From assembly GCA_039208735.1 (NCBI GenBank), contig JBCCQY010000092.1, positions 1-36,074 on the forward strand: a DNA stretch of 36,074 nucleotides. Reading direction: 5' to 3'. Below are positions 26,423 through 34,248 of this stretch, in pieces. This DNA comes from Myxococcota bacterium (GTDB taxonomy: Bacteria > Myxococcota_A > UBA796 > GCA-2862545). A program made the translations under genes and the position numbers. Positions within the stretch are counted from its first letter, which is position 1. Every line of letters begins with the position of its first letter. The notes under the pieces were generated by a model. The model was not told where the DNA came from. It saw only the letters and a program-made list of their open reading frames with translations, and made no database searches.

Positions 26423-27847
26423 CTACAGGGTTCGATGTGCCGCCACGGCCACGACATGCAAGTAGCCCTGTGTGTCGGAACGCACCCCGCGGTAGCCGAC
26501 CGCTACGTGCGTCGGCCGCTTCTTGAGCCCACGGACTGCAGCGTTGAGGGCCTGGTCGAGCCGCGCTCCGTAGCCCACGGCAAACGCGGTCTCGCCCATC
26601 GTCTGGAACAATGGACTGGCATCGAGAACGTCGTCTCGAATCTGCGCTGCGTCCTCCGACAGGTGGTTGCCCCGAAGGCCTTCGAGCGCCTCGTCGAGTC
26701 GCTTGCTGCCTTCCGCGTTGAACTTGGCCTTGCCGAGGACCCGATGGGCCTGGACTGCCTCGGCAACCGACGAGGGGCTGTACGGGCTGAAGGCGGAGCG
26801 GAACTGCACCACGAGTTCATCGCTCTTCTGGGCAACCGCGAGGTACTCTCGATCCGAACGTTCCACTTCACTCAAGAGGTGGGGCTGCACGCGGAGCTGT
26901 GACCACAACGAAGCATCTTCATAGGCAGGGAATGCCCAGCACGTCCGGTCTCCAGACAGCGCCGTGCCATCGTCGAGGTTCATGATGTCGCAGGGCTTGA
27001 CGTCAAGCGTCTTCAGCGGCGGTAAATCAAGGGCCTTTCGCCGTTCCGCGAAGTCTGCCACGATCGAATCGACCGACCAACCCTTGGCGTCCACGTCGGC
27101 CACGTTGACGCGGGCAATCTCAAACCGCTTGTTCGCGCGATTCGCCACCACACTGATGCCTTTCGTGTTGGCCGGAAGGGTGACCTCAACCTTCTCCTTG
27201 CCGCGAACCTGCTCGATAGGCCCTTCGGCGGGCTGCCAGTAGACGGCGATGCGATCGACGTCGGGCACCGACACCGTGAACGGAAGCTCACCGGCGATGG
27301 GTCGCGGAACATCGCTCATCGTGAAGCGACCTTGGGCCACGATGATCACCCAGTGGCGTTGACGGCCGTTACGCGCACTGCCGACACCGATCGTGAGACC
27401 ATTTGCCGCGGTGCGCACATCGAGACGTTCGGAACCGTCCTCGCCTCGGACGAGAACCTTGTTGATTCCAAGCTTACTCGCCCATTGTCGAGCGTCGGGG
27501 ACCACCCGGTGGGCGCGCGTGAAGCGCTTAAAGCCAGGCACGACGACGAGCGGCACTCCTTCGTAGCGGAGCTGGCGGATGATCTCGGCCCCGGTACGCT
27601 CGGGGTTGTTGATCTCTTCGACCGCCAGCGCATCGGCCACGGCAGACAACCGAGGGTCGATGTCGACCTTGCCTTCTCCCGCCACTTTGAGCAGTTGGGC
27701 GAAGGTCTCTTCAACCGATTCGTGGGGTGCGGTGCCCCCTGTGCCGAAGTCGCGGGGCCAAATCTTGCTCGGGTTGTACGCGGGGCGCTTGGCGTGGCCT
27801 AGGAGCGGGAGCGCAAGTGCGATGGCAACAAACAAAGGGCGCAGCAT
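26423..27847 (-). CDS. Exported hypothetical protein, possibly with two degenerate CAP/SCP-like domains
   Basis: AGGAGG RBS; signal peptide ending GHA|K. DPRLSAVA...TIGVGSARNGRQRHWVIIVA and THVAVGY...LHVVAV resemble CAP-domain termini; the domain call is weak. Confidence 0.6.
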   Translation of the reverse strand: MLRPLFVAIALALPLLGHAKRPAYNPSKIWPRDFGTGGTAPHESVEETFAQLLKVAGEGKVDIDPRLSAVADALAVEEINNPERTGAEIIRQLRYEGVPLVVVPGFKRFTRAHRVVPDARQWASKLGINKVLVRGEDGSERLDVRTAANGLTIGVGSARNGRQRHWVIIVAQGRFTMSDVPRPIAGELPFTVSVPDVDRIAVYWQPAEGPIEQVRGKEKVEVTLPANTKGISVVANRANKRFEIARVNVADVDAKGWSVDSIVADFAERRKALDLPPLKTLDVKPCDIMNLDDGTALSGDRTCWAFPAYEDASLWSQLRVQPHLLSEVERSDREYLAVAQKSDELVVQFRSAFSPYSPSSVAEAVQAHRVLGKAKFNAEGSKRLDEALEGLRGNHLSEDAAQIRDDVLDASPLFQTMGETAFAVGYGARLDQALNAAVRGLKKRPTHVAVGYRGVRSDTQGYLHVVAVAAHRTL

Positions 27848-27874
27848 GGGGCCTCCTGCCCAAGGATTTGGGGG

Positions 27875-28726
27875 TCAGAATTCGATGGCCTCGAGGTCGA
27901 TTTCACCGAGCGCATAGCCCCGGTCGACGAGATGCTCGACGAACGACGTGGGCAAGTTCACGTGGTAATGCTCGACGTAGTACGCGAGATCTGCGGGCCA
28001 TGCCCAGACCCCATCGGTGTGGATCGAAGCCGGTCCGATCCACTCGCCTGACGGGTCGAGAACATCGGCCACGTTGTCGGACTCTTCGATGAGCACGGGC
28101 GCTTCACGCAAATAGGCCACGATGCGGGCTTCATGCGGCTGCGGCGTCTCATTGCGAGCGTCGCCCAGCGATGGGCCGTCCTCGTCACCGTGCGGCAGCT
28201 CGGCGAAGAACCCAGCCCGCTTGAGCTTTCGACGCCGCGGAGCAAACTCCGTCGGGGCCTCCACATGCCCCTCCGTCGACGCTTCTTCCATCTCCTCGAC
28301 CTCGGGCTCGTCCTGATCATCGTCGTCGTCGTCGATCACCACCTCGGCCGACGCCATCATGCGCGTTTCGTCGTAGGTGACGACCCCTTGGGTCTCGGCC
28401 AGATCCTCTTCATCCGCATCGGGCGCCTCGGCGGCGGCTCGAGCCATGGGAACGACCTCGGTCTTGCCTATGGCGTCGTCGTCATCATCGTCATCGTCGT
28501 GGTCGTCCGATCCGTGGAGCGGCACCAACCCTCCCGGACCCCGTACAAACGCCTGACTGACCGACCGTGCTCCCACTTCGACGGCTTTGCGTACCGTGAC
28601 GTCGTCGCCGGTCCGCCGAAGAAGCACCACGCCCAAGATGAGCAAGCCCACCCCGACACAGATACCGGCCCCGGCGCAAGCTGCGAAGATCAGGAGGGCA
28701 AAGAGCAACCCGAAGGAATCTGACAT
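27875..28726 (-). CDS. Membrane-anchored protein with acidic linker and C-terminal conserved domain of unknown function
   Basis: AGGAGG RBS; long N-terminal hydrophobic segment; poly-Asp/Glu linker; C-terminal IVAYL...DVL...TDGVWAWPADLAYYVEHYHVNLP. Confidence 0.7.
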   Translation of the reverse strand: MSDSFGLLFALLIFAACAGAGICVGVGLLILGVVLLRRTGDDVTVRKAVEVGARSVSQAFVRGPGGLVPLHGSDDHDDDDDDDDAIGKTEVVPMARAAAEAPDADEEDLAETQGVVTYDETRMMASAEVVIDDDDDDQDEPEVEEMEEASTEGHVEAPTEFAPRRRKLKRAGFFAELPHGDEDGPSLGDARNETPQPHEARIVAYLREAPVLIEESDNVADVLDPSGEWIGPASIHTDGVWAWPADLAYYVEHYHVNLPTSFVEHLVDRGYALGEIDLEAIEF

Positions 28727-28787
28727 GTGCGCCTCCTGAAGACTGGACGTCTCCCGTCGCGGCGCATTCTAAGGCCCCCACCCATGA

Positions 28788-28817
28788 CTGACACGCCGTT
28801 GTCGCCCATTCGACAAC
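28788..28817 (+). promoter_or_regulatory. Possible Pho-box-like element upstream of phoD
   Basis: CTGACAC-N4-TTGTCGC-N4-TCGACAA at 11-bp spacing, degenerate against CTGTCAT; overlaps the inverted repeat GTTGTCG-N6-CGACAAC. Confidence 0.3.
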
Positions 28818-28863
28818 CGCGTGCTGTACATGTTTCGGTCTGACGCTGGAGAGAGGAGCGATC

Positions 28864-30639
28864 ATGAGGATCACGAGACGGACGTTCATGGAGCTATGTG
28901 GCGCCGGCGTGGGCGCTGCGGTGGTGTCCAGTGGCATTTCGGCGTGCAGCGGAGGCGGCCGAGGCACCTTCGAGCACGGTGTGGCAAGCGGAGACCCGCT
29001 CACCACGCAGGTCATCCTTTGGACGCGGGTCACCCCCAACAACCCCGACCGTGACGTCACCGTCATGTGGGAAGTCGCGACCGATGCCGATTTCACCAAC
29101 CTGATGAACATGGATGAAACCACGACCAACGCGGACCGCGACTTCACCGTCAAGGTCGATGTGACAGGCCTCGAAGCCGGCACGGCGTACTACTACCGCT
29201 TCACCGTGGGTAGCGAAGTATCCACCGTTGGTCGCACCAAGACGCTGCCCGAAGGCTCGGTCGATCAGGTCAAGTTCGTCGTGTTCAGCTGCTCGAATTA
29301 CCCGGCGGGTCGCTTCCATGTGTACGCCGAAGCAGCCAAGGTCGAAGACGCCGACGCCGCCCTGCACCTTGGCGACTACATCTATGAGTACGGGGTGGGC
29401 GGGTACGCAAGCCAAAACGCCGAGACGCTCGATCGCGTGAGCGTGCCGGCCGAAGAGATCACGAGCCTCGGGGACTACCGGGCCCGTCACGCCCAGTACC
29501 GGGGCGACGCCGATCTGCAGGCGGTCCACGCGGCCATGGCCATGATCGCGGTGTGGGACGACCATGAGGTCACCAACGACACCTGGCGCGAAGGAGCCGA
29601 AAACCACCAGGCAGACGAAGGGGACTTCTCGGAGCGTCTCCAGGCCGCCATGCAGGCCTACGCCGAGTGGATGCCCATCCGGCCGCCGGTCGACGAAGAC
29701 ATCTCGACGATCCAGCGGAACTTCCGCTTTGGCGATCTCGTCAACCTCGTGATGCTCGACACCCGCCTCGTGGGCCGCGACCTGCAGCTCGACTTCGGCG
29801 ACTTCGTCAACGGCATCGGTCAGGTTCGCCAGGCCGAGTTCGACGCTGCCATCAACGATCCCAATCGCACCCTGCTCGGTACGGCCCAGCGGGACTGGCT
29901 GCTCGGCCAGCTTACCGATGACGACGCCACCTGGCACGTGCTCGGTCAGCAGGTGCTCATGGGGCGCATGACGCTGCCCGCGCCGGTGCTGCCCAGCGAT
30001 CTCAACGACCCCACGAGCGCGCCACTGACCTTCGACGAATACCTGCTGCTCTTTGAACTTTCGCAGTTGCAGCCTCGGATTCTGGCGAAGGACCCCACGC
30101 TGACAAAGAAGGAAATCGCCTTCTGGGAAAAGAACGCCACCTTCTTCGCCGTGAATGCGCCTCTGTTGTTCGAGCCCTTCGTGCCGTACAACCTCGACGC
30201 CTGGGATGGCTACGGCGCCGAGCGCGACCAAATCCTGCAGGCCGCCGTCGACCAGGGCCGCAACTTGGTCGTGTTGGCGGGCGACACCCACAACGCTTGG
30301 GCCAACGATCTGACGCTCGCCGACGGGACTGCGGCCGGGGTCGAGTTCGCCACCGCATCGGTGTCGTCGCCGGGCCTCGAAGAATTCCTGGGTCTCACCG
30401 CGACGGCGGATCCACTGGCCGCAGCCGAGTCGTTTGAGGCCACCCTACCGTTCATCATCAGCGGACTGCGGTACTCGAACCTGCTCGACCGTGGCTTCAT
30501 GACCGTGACGTTTACGGCGAGCGAAGTGACGGCAGACTGGACCTACGTGACCGACATCCAGGCCGACACCTATACGGTCGTCGAGTCGCGGGGCCGATCG
30601 ATCACCGTCGACGCCGGCACAAACGCCATCGGTACCTGA
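28864..30639 (+). CDS. phoD: Alkaline phosphatase D family protein (Tat-exported, probable lipoprotein)
   Basis: Tat motif TRRTFM followed by ISA|C; FEHGVASGDP, ILWTR, SCSNY, HLGDYIYEY, WDDHE, MLDTR, DAWDGY, GDTHN. Confidence 0.95.
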   Translation: MRITRRTFMELCGAGVGAAVVSSGISACSGGGRGTFEHGVASGDPLTTQVILWTRVTPNNPDRDVTVMWEVATDADFTNLMNMDETTTNADRDFTVKVDVTGLEAGTAYYYRFTVGSEVSTVGRTKTLPEGSVDQVKFVVFSCSNYPAGRFHVYAEAAKVEDADAALHLGDYIYEYGVGGYASQNAETLDRVSVPAEEITSLGDYRARHAQYRGDADLQAVHAAMAMIAVWDDHEVTNDTWREGAENHQADEGDFSERLQAAMQAYAEWMPIRPPVDEDISTIQRNFRFGDLVNLVMLDTRLVGRDLQLDFGDFVNGIGQVRQAEFDAAINDPNRTLLGTAQRDWLLGQLTDDDATWHVLGQQVLMGRMTLPAPVLPSDLNDPTSAPLTFDEYLLLFELSQLQPRILAKDPTLTKKEIAFWEKNATFFAVNAPLLFEPFVPYNLDAWDGYGAERDQILQAAVDQGRNLVVLAGDTHNAWANDLTLADGTAAGVEFATASVSSPGLEEFLGLTATADPLAAAESFEATLPFIISGLRYSNLLDRGFMTVTFTASEVTADWTYVTDIQADTYTVVESRGRSITVDAGTNAIGT

Positions 30640-30676
30640 ACCGCCGTAACGTTTCGGCCCGTTTTAGGTCTCGGGG

Positions 30677-30696
30677 CATCTCTGGAGGCAGAGATG
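30677..30696 (+). promoter_or_regulatory. Hairpin covering the RBS and start codon of the TonB-dependent receptor
   Basis: Perfect 8-bp stem CATCTCTG-gagg-CAGAGATG; the final ATG is the start codon. Confidence 0.45.
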
Positions 30697-33129
30697 ATCC
30701 AAGGCTTGTGGGTGTTGGGGGGCCTGTGGTCCGCCCACGCCCAAGATTCGAGTGATTCCCCCGAAGAGGACGAGGCCTCCTTCGAGCTGATTGTGACGGG
30801 TACTCGGGCGACGAATCGCACGTCGCTCGACGCGTCTGCTCCGGTGGATGTGTTCGACGTCGCGGAACTCCGGGCGTCCGGAGCGGTAGGGAACGAAGTT
30901 GGCCAGGCGCTTGCGGTCGTGGCGCCAAGCTTCTTCTTTCCGCGCCAAAGCAACTCGGGGACCTCAGACCATGTGCGTGCGGGCCAACTTCGAGGGTTGT
31001 CCCCGGATCAAGTCCTGGTCCTCGTGAACGGACGCCGGCGCCACACGTCGGCGGTGGTGAATTCCGAGACCAAGATCGGCCGAGGGACCGCCGCCGTCGA
31101 CTTCAACACGATTCCCCTTGGCGCGATCAAACGCATCGAGGTTCTCCGCGATGGTGCCGGCGCCCAGTACGGATCGGATGCCATCGCGGGCGTCATCAAC
31201 CTGATTCTCGACGACGATCCGGAATCGAGCCTGGTCACGCTAACCGCCGGGGCCCACGCCACGTTTGAGGGCGCCATCGATCAGACCTTGGTCGACGGTG
31301 AGACCACCACCCTCGAAGCCGAGACAGGCTTTCGGGTGGGCGAAGACGGCTTTGTGCGCCTTGGGATCGAGGGCCTGCTGCGGCAGGAAACCAACCGAGC
31401 CGGCTTCGACCAGGTCCCCTTCTTCTACCTGGACGACAAACTCGCCACCGACGACCCCAACCTTTCTGCACAGGGCCGTCGAAACTACTTCGAGGGCGAT
31501 CCTCGCACCCGGGGCCTCTCGGGCTGGTTCAACAGCGAGATCGACCTGGGGCGCTCAACCTTGTACGCGTTTGGCACCCTCGCCGGCCGGCGCACCCTTG
31601 GCGCCACCTTCTTCCGCTACCCGCGGGATTCCCGGAACGTCCCCGAGGTCTATCCCAATGGGTTCTTGCCATTGTCGCGCGGGAACAACCTGGATGGCTC
31701 GATTAGCGTGGGCGTGCGCACGCCGATTTCGGGTTGGGACCTCGACGTGGGGGCAACCTGGGGCCACAACACCTTTTCGTATGGCGTGATCAACTCGATC
31801 AATGCGTCACTCGGGGCGCAAAGTCCCACCGAGTTCGATTCGGGCTCCTACACCCTCAACCAGATCAACCTCGACGCCACGCTTCAGCGTAATGTACCGG
31901 TGAACGCCTTTTACGACGCCGTGTCGGTTGCCCTTGGCGTTGGCTCGCGGCAGGAACGGTTTGGGAGTGCGCAAGGGCAACCCGCGTCGTTCCGTGCCGG
32001 CCCGGAAGACGCTGCGATCGGCGCTCAGGGCGCGGTGGGACTCTCGCCCGACGACGTGCGCAACGTCAATCGCGGTGTGTACTTCGCGTTCGCCGACCTC
32101 TCCTCGCGCATCGCCAAGCCCTGGTTTCTCGATGTGGCGGGCCGCTACGAGCTGTACAGCGACGTTGGGAGCACGCTGACCGGCAAAGCCGCGACGGTCC
32201 TGCAGCCCCTCGATCAACTCCGCATTCGCGGCAGCATTTCCAACAGCTTCCGCGCCCCGGCGGTGGCCCAGATCGGGTTTGCCGATCGCAGCATCAACTT
32301 CGGTGAAGATCGAGCGCTCATCCTCACGCGAACCACGCCCGTCGATGACCCGGTCGCACAGGCATTGGGCGCCCAAGACCTCGGTCCGGAGCGCGCACTC
32401 GACATCAGTGCGGGGCTGACGGTGGGGCCGTTCGAAGGCCTTTCACTGACCGTCGATGCCTTCCGCATCGTTGTCAACGACCGAATCACCCTGTCAGAGC
32501 GCATCTTTGGCAAGGGTCTGGTCGATGCCATTGGCGGACTTCCGGGAGGGGCAAACGTCGAGTCGGTGCGGTTCTTCACCAATGCCGTCGACACCCAGAC
32601 GCTCGGCATCGAGGGCGTGGTCGGCTGGCGGCGGCTTTTGGGAGATGGGGAACTGCAAGCCGACCTTGGCGTGAGCTTCTTCGACACGACGATCCAGGCC
32701 ATCGATCAAGCTCCCCAGCAGCTCCGCGACATTCAGGACGACTTCGAACTCGTCGGTGTGGAAGAGCGCAACACCATCGAGACCGCAGCTCCCAACAACA
32801 AGCAGGTGCTCACGGTGTCGTACGACGCGCCGAAGCTCGGCGGCACCGTACGGGCCTCGCGGTTCGGCGCCGCCACGCGCGTGTTCAACTTCGGCGGGGG
32901 CTTCGAGCCCGAACAGACCTACGGCGATGAATTCCAGGTCGATGCCGAATTCCGCATCACATCAGGGGAAAACCTTCAATTCGCGGTGGGGGGCACGAAC
33001 CTCTTCGACGAGTACCCGGACCTGTCGAGTGCCGACATCAACTTCTTCGGCAACCTGCCCTACGACGTGCTGTCGCCCATCGGGGTCAACGGACGCTACC
33101 TCTACCTGCGGACCACCGTCACGCTGTGA
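30694..33129 (+). CDS. TonB-dependent outer-membrane receptor
   Basis: Signal peptide; TonB box ELIVTGTR; plug motifs LRGLSPDQVLVLVNGRR and IKRIEVLRDGAGAQYGSDAIAGVINLI; FRAP, PE and NLFD motifs; C-terminal GRYLYLRTTVTL. Confidence 0.95.
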   Translation: MIQGLWVLGGLWSAHAQDSSDSPEEDEASFELIVTGTRATNRTSLDASAPVDVFDVAELRASGAVGNEVGQALAVVAPSFFFPRQSNSGTSDHVRAGQLRGLSPDQVLVLVNGRRRHTSAVVNSETKIGRGTAAVDFNTIPLGAIKRIEVLRDGAGAQYGSDAIAGVINLILDDDPESSLVTLTAGAHATFEGAIDQTLVDGETTTLEAETGFRVGEDGFVRLGIEGLLRQETNRAGFDQVPFFYLDDKLATDDPNLSAQGRRNYFEGDPRTRGLSGWFNSEIDLGRSTLYAFGTLAGRRTLGATFFRYPRDSRNVPEVYPNGFLPLSRGNNLDGSISVGVRTPISGWDLDVGATWGHNTFSYGVINSINASLGAQSPTEFDSGSYTLNQINLDATLQRNVPVNAFYDAVSVALGVGSRQERFGSAQGQPASFRAGPEDAAIGAQGAVGLSPDDVRNVNRGVYFAFADLSSRIAKPWFLDVAGRYELYSDVGSTLTGKAATVLQPLDQLRIRGSISNSFRAPAVAQIGFADRSINFGEDRALILTRTTPVDDPVAQALGAQDLGPERALDISAGLTVGPFEGLSLTVDAFRIVVNDRITLSERIFGKGLVDAIGGLPGGANVESVRFFTNAVDTQTLGIEGVVGWRRLLGDGELQADLGVSFFDTTIQAIDQAPQQLRDIQDDFELVGVEERNTIETAAPNNKQVLTVSYDAPKLGGTVRASRFGAATRVFNFGGGFEPEQTYGDEFQVDAEFRITSGENLQFAVGGTNLFDEYPDLSSADINFFGNLPYDVLSPIGVNGRYLYLRTTVTL

Positions 33130-34162
33130 CCCTGCGGTCGCGGACCATCAGCGTCCGCGCCGCATCACCATGGCCTCGCGTAAACGCAGCGACGAAGCCG
33201 AATCGCTCGTAGAGCCCCATCGCATCGCGGGTTCCCAGGTGCAGCACATCGACATCGCGAAGGTGCGGGTGGTCGAGCAATAAGGCGACGAGCGCTTTGC
33301 CGTAGCCCTGCCCTCGGAGGCCCGGTTCGACCACGACGTCGTACACCCAGCCCCGCTTGTGGCGGTCGGACATTCCACGAGCCACGGCGACCAGACGATC
33401 CTCGCGTTCGATGCCCACCCAAATCCCGTGGCGCAGGGCCCCGCGCAATGTGGCATCGGAGAACCCGAGGTTCCAGTAGGTGTCCCGAATCAGTTCGACC
33501 GAAGCTTCGAGATCAGATTCCGAAGGCCAGCTCCGCGGCACTCCGGGAACCGGTAGCTGCGTGAACTGTACCGGCTCCGCATGGGCCTGCCGCAGAACCT
33601 CGATAGCCGCTAGATCCCCTTCACCTCCACGCTTCCACAGGCCCGACAACACCAGGTTCATGGAACGTCGGTTGAGATGTTGCCCGAGCTTGTTGAGGCC
33701 CACGAGTCGATCCGGAACGATGCGCCACATTCCCAGCCCGGCGATGGTCTTGGTGTAAAGCGGATCGTCGACAACGATCGGCCGGTAGCCGCCCTCGGGC
33801 TGGAGGTGGTCCATCAAGGCCTGCAACGCCAGGGCGCGGTCGGACGCCTCTTCGAGTTCCTCGATGCGCCCATGGAGCTGGACGGCGCGGAACCACGTCG
33901 TCGCGGGGCAGGCGCGTTCGGGATGACGCCAGTGGCTGGGAATGCGCGCGACGACGACTTCGGTGGAAACCACCACCTCGGACCCTACCCACGCCGTCTT
34001 CTCGCCCTGCGGAGCCCCGTGCAACACCAGTCCACCCGCCTGGGACACCGCATGCATCGTTCGGACGAGCGGTCGACCCTCGACCACCGCGGCGACCGTC
34101 ACTTCGCGGGCGGCCGCAAGAAATGTCCGAGCTTCGTCTTCGGACATCGTAAATCGCGACAT
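33119..34162 (-). CDS. Fusion of a pyridoxamine 5'-phosphate oxidase-like FMN-binding split barrel and a GNAT acetyltransferase
   Basis: Preferred start ATG 34162 after GGGAGG. N-terminal half LHGAPQGEK, PATTWFRAVQLHG, ALQALM..LQPEGGY, KLGQ. C-terminal half VYDVVVEPGLRGQGYGKALV (acetyl-CoA motif A), LYERFGF. Confidence 0.85.
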   Translation of the reverse strand: MSRFTMSEDEARTFLAAAREVTVAAVVEGRPLVRTMHAVSQAGGLVLHGAPQGEKTAWVGSEVVVSTEVVVARIPSHWRHPERACPATTWFRAVQLHGRIEELEEASDRALALQALMDHLQPEGGYRPIVVDDPLYTKTIAGLGMWRIVPDRLVGLNKLGQHLNRRSMNLVLSGLWKRGGEGDLAAIEVLRQAHAEPVQFTQLPVPGVPRSWPSESDLEASVELIRDTYWNLGFSDATLRGALRHGIWVGIEREDRLVAVARGMSDRHKRGWVYDVVVEPGLRGQGYGKALVALLLDHPHLRDVDVLHLGTRDAMGLYERFGFVAAFTRGHGDAARTLMVRDRRVTA

Positions 34163-34199
34163 GAACCCTCCCGTTTCTGGCGAGAACGTCATCGGTTCC

Positions 34200-34244
34200 G
34201 GTCCAGTCGGAATGGTCCAGTGTGGTGAAACTGGGTAGTCCAGT
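34200..34244. promoter_or_regulatory. Candidate MocR-family operator
   Basis: GGTCCAGT at 34200 and 34214, AGTCCAGT at 34237, and inverted ACTGG at 34230 forming ACTGG-N5-CCAGT, all between the divergent genes. Confidence 0.6.
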
Positions 34245-34248
34245 GGCC

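Noticed and set aside
28310..28510. (TCG/TCA)n trinucleotide runs
   Set aside because: They simply encode poly-Asp tracts in the minus-strand protein; not a CRISPR array or independent repeat.
4016..30291. Long antisense ORFs (4016-5755, 9919-11496, 14272-15477, 17983-19500, 24446-26041, 28894-30291)
   Set aside because: Each lies opposite a well-supported gene, has no recognisable motif, and is the expected shadow of GC-rich codon usage.
30694..33129. TonB receptor as the SusC equivalent of the glucan locus
   Set aside because: It lies about 6.7 kb away beyond unrelated genes, follows phoD, has no SusD partner and no copy of the ROK motif was seen upstream. Not excluded, but unsupported.
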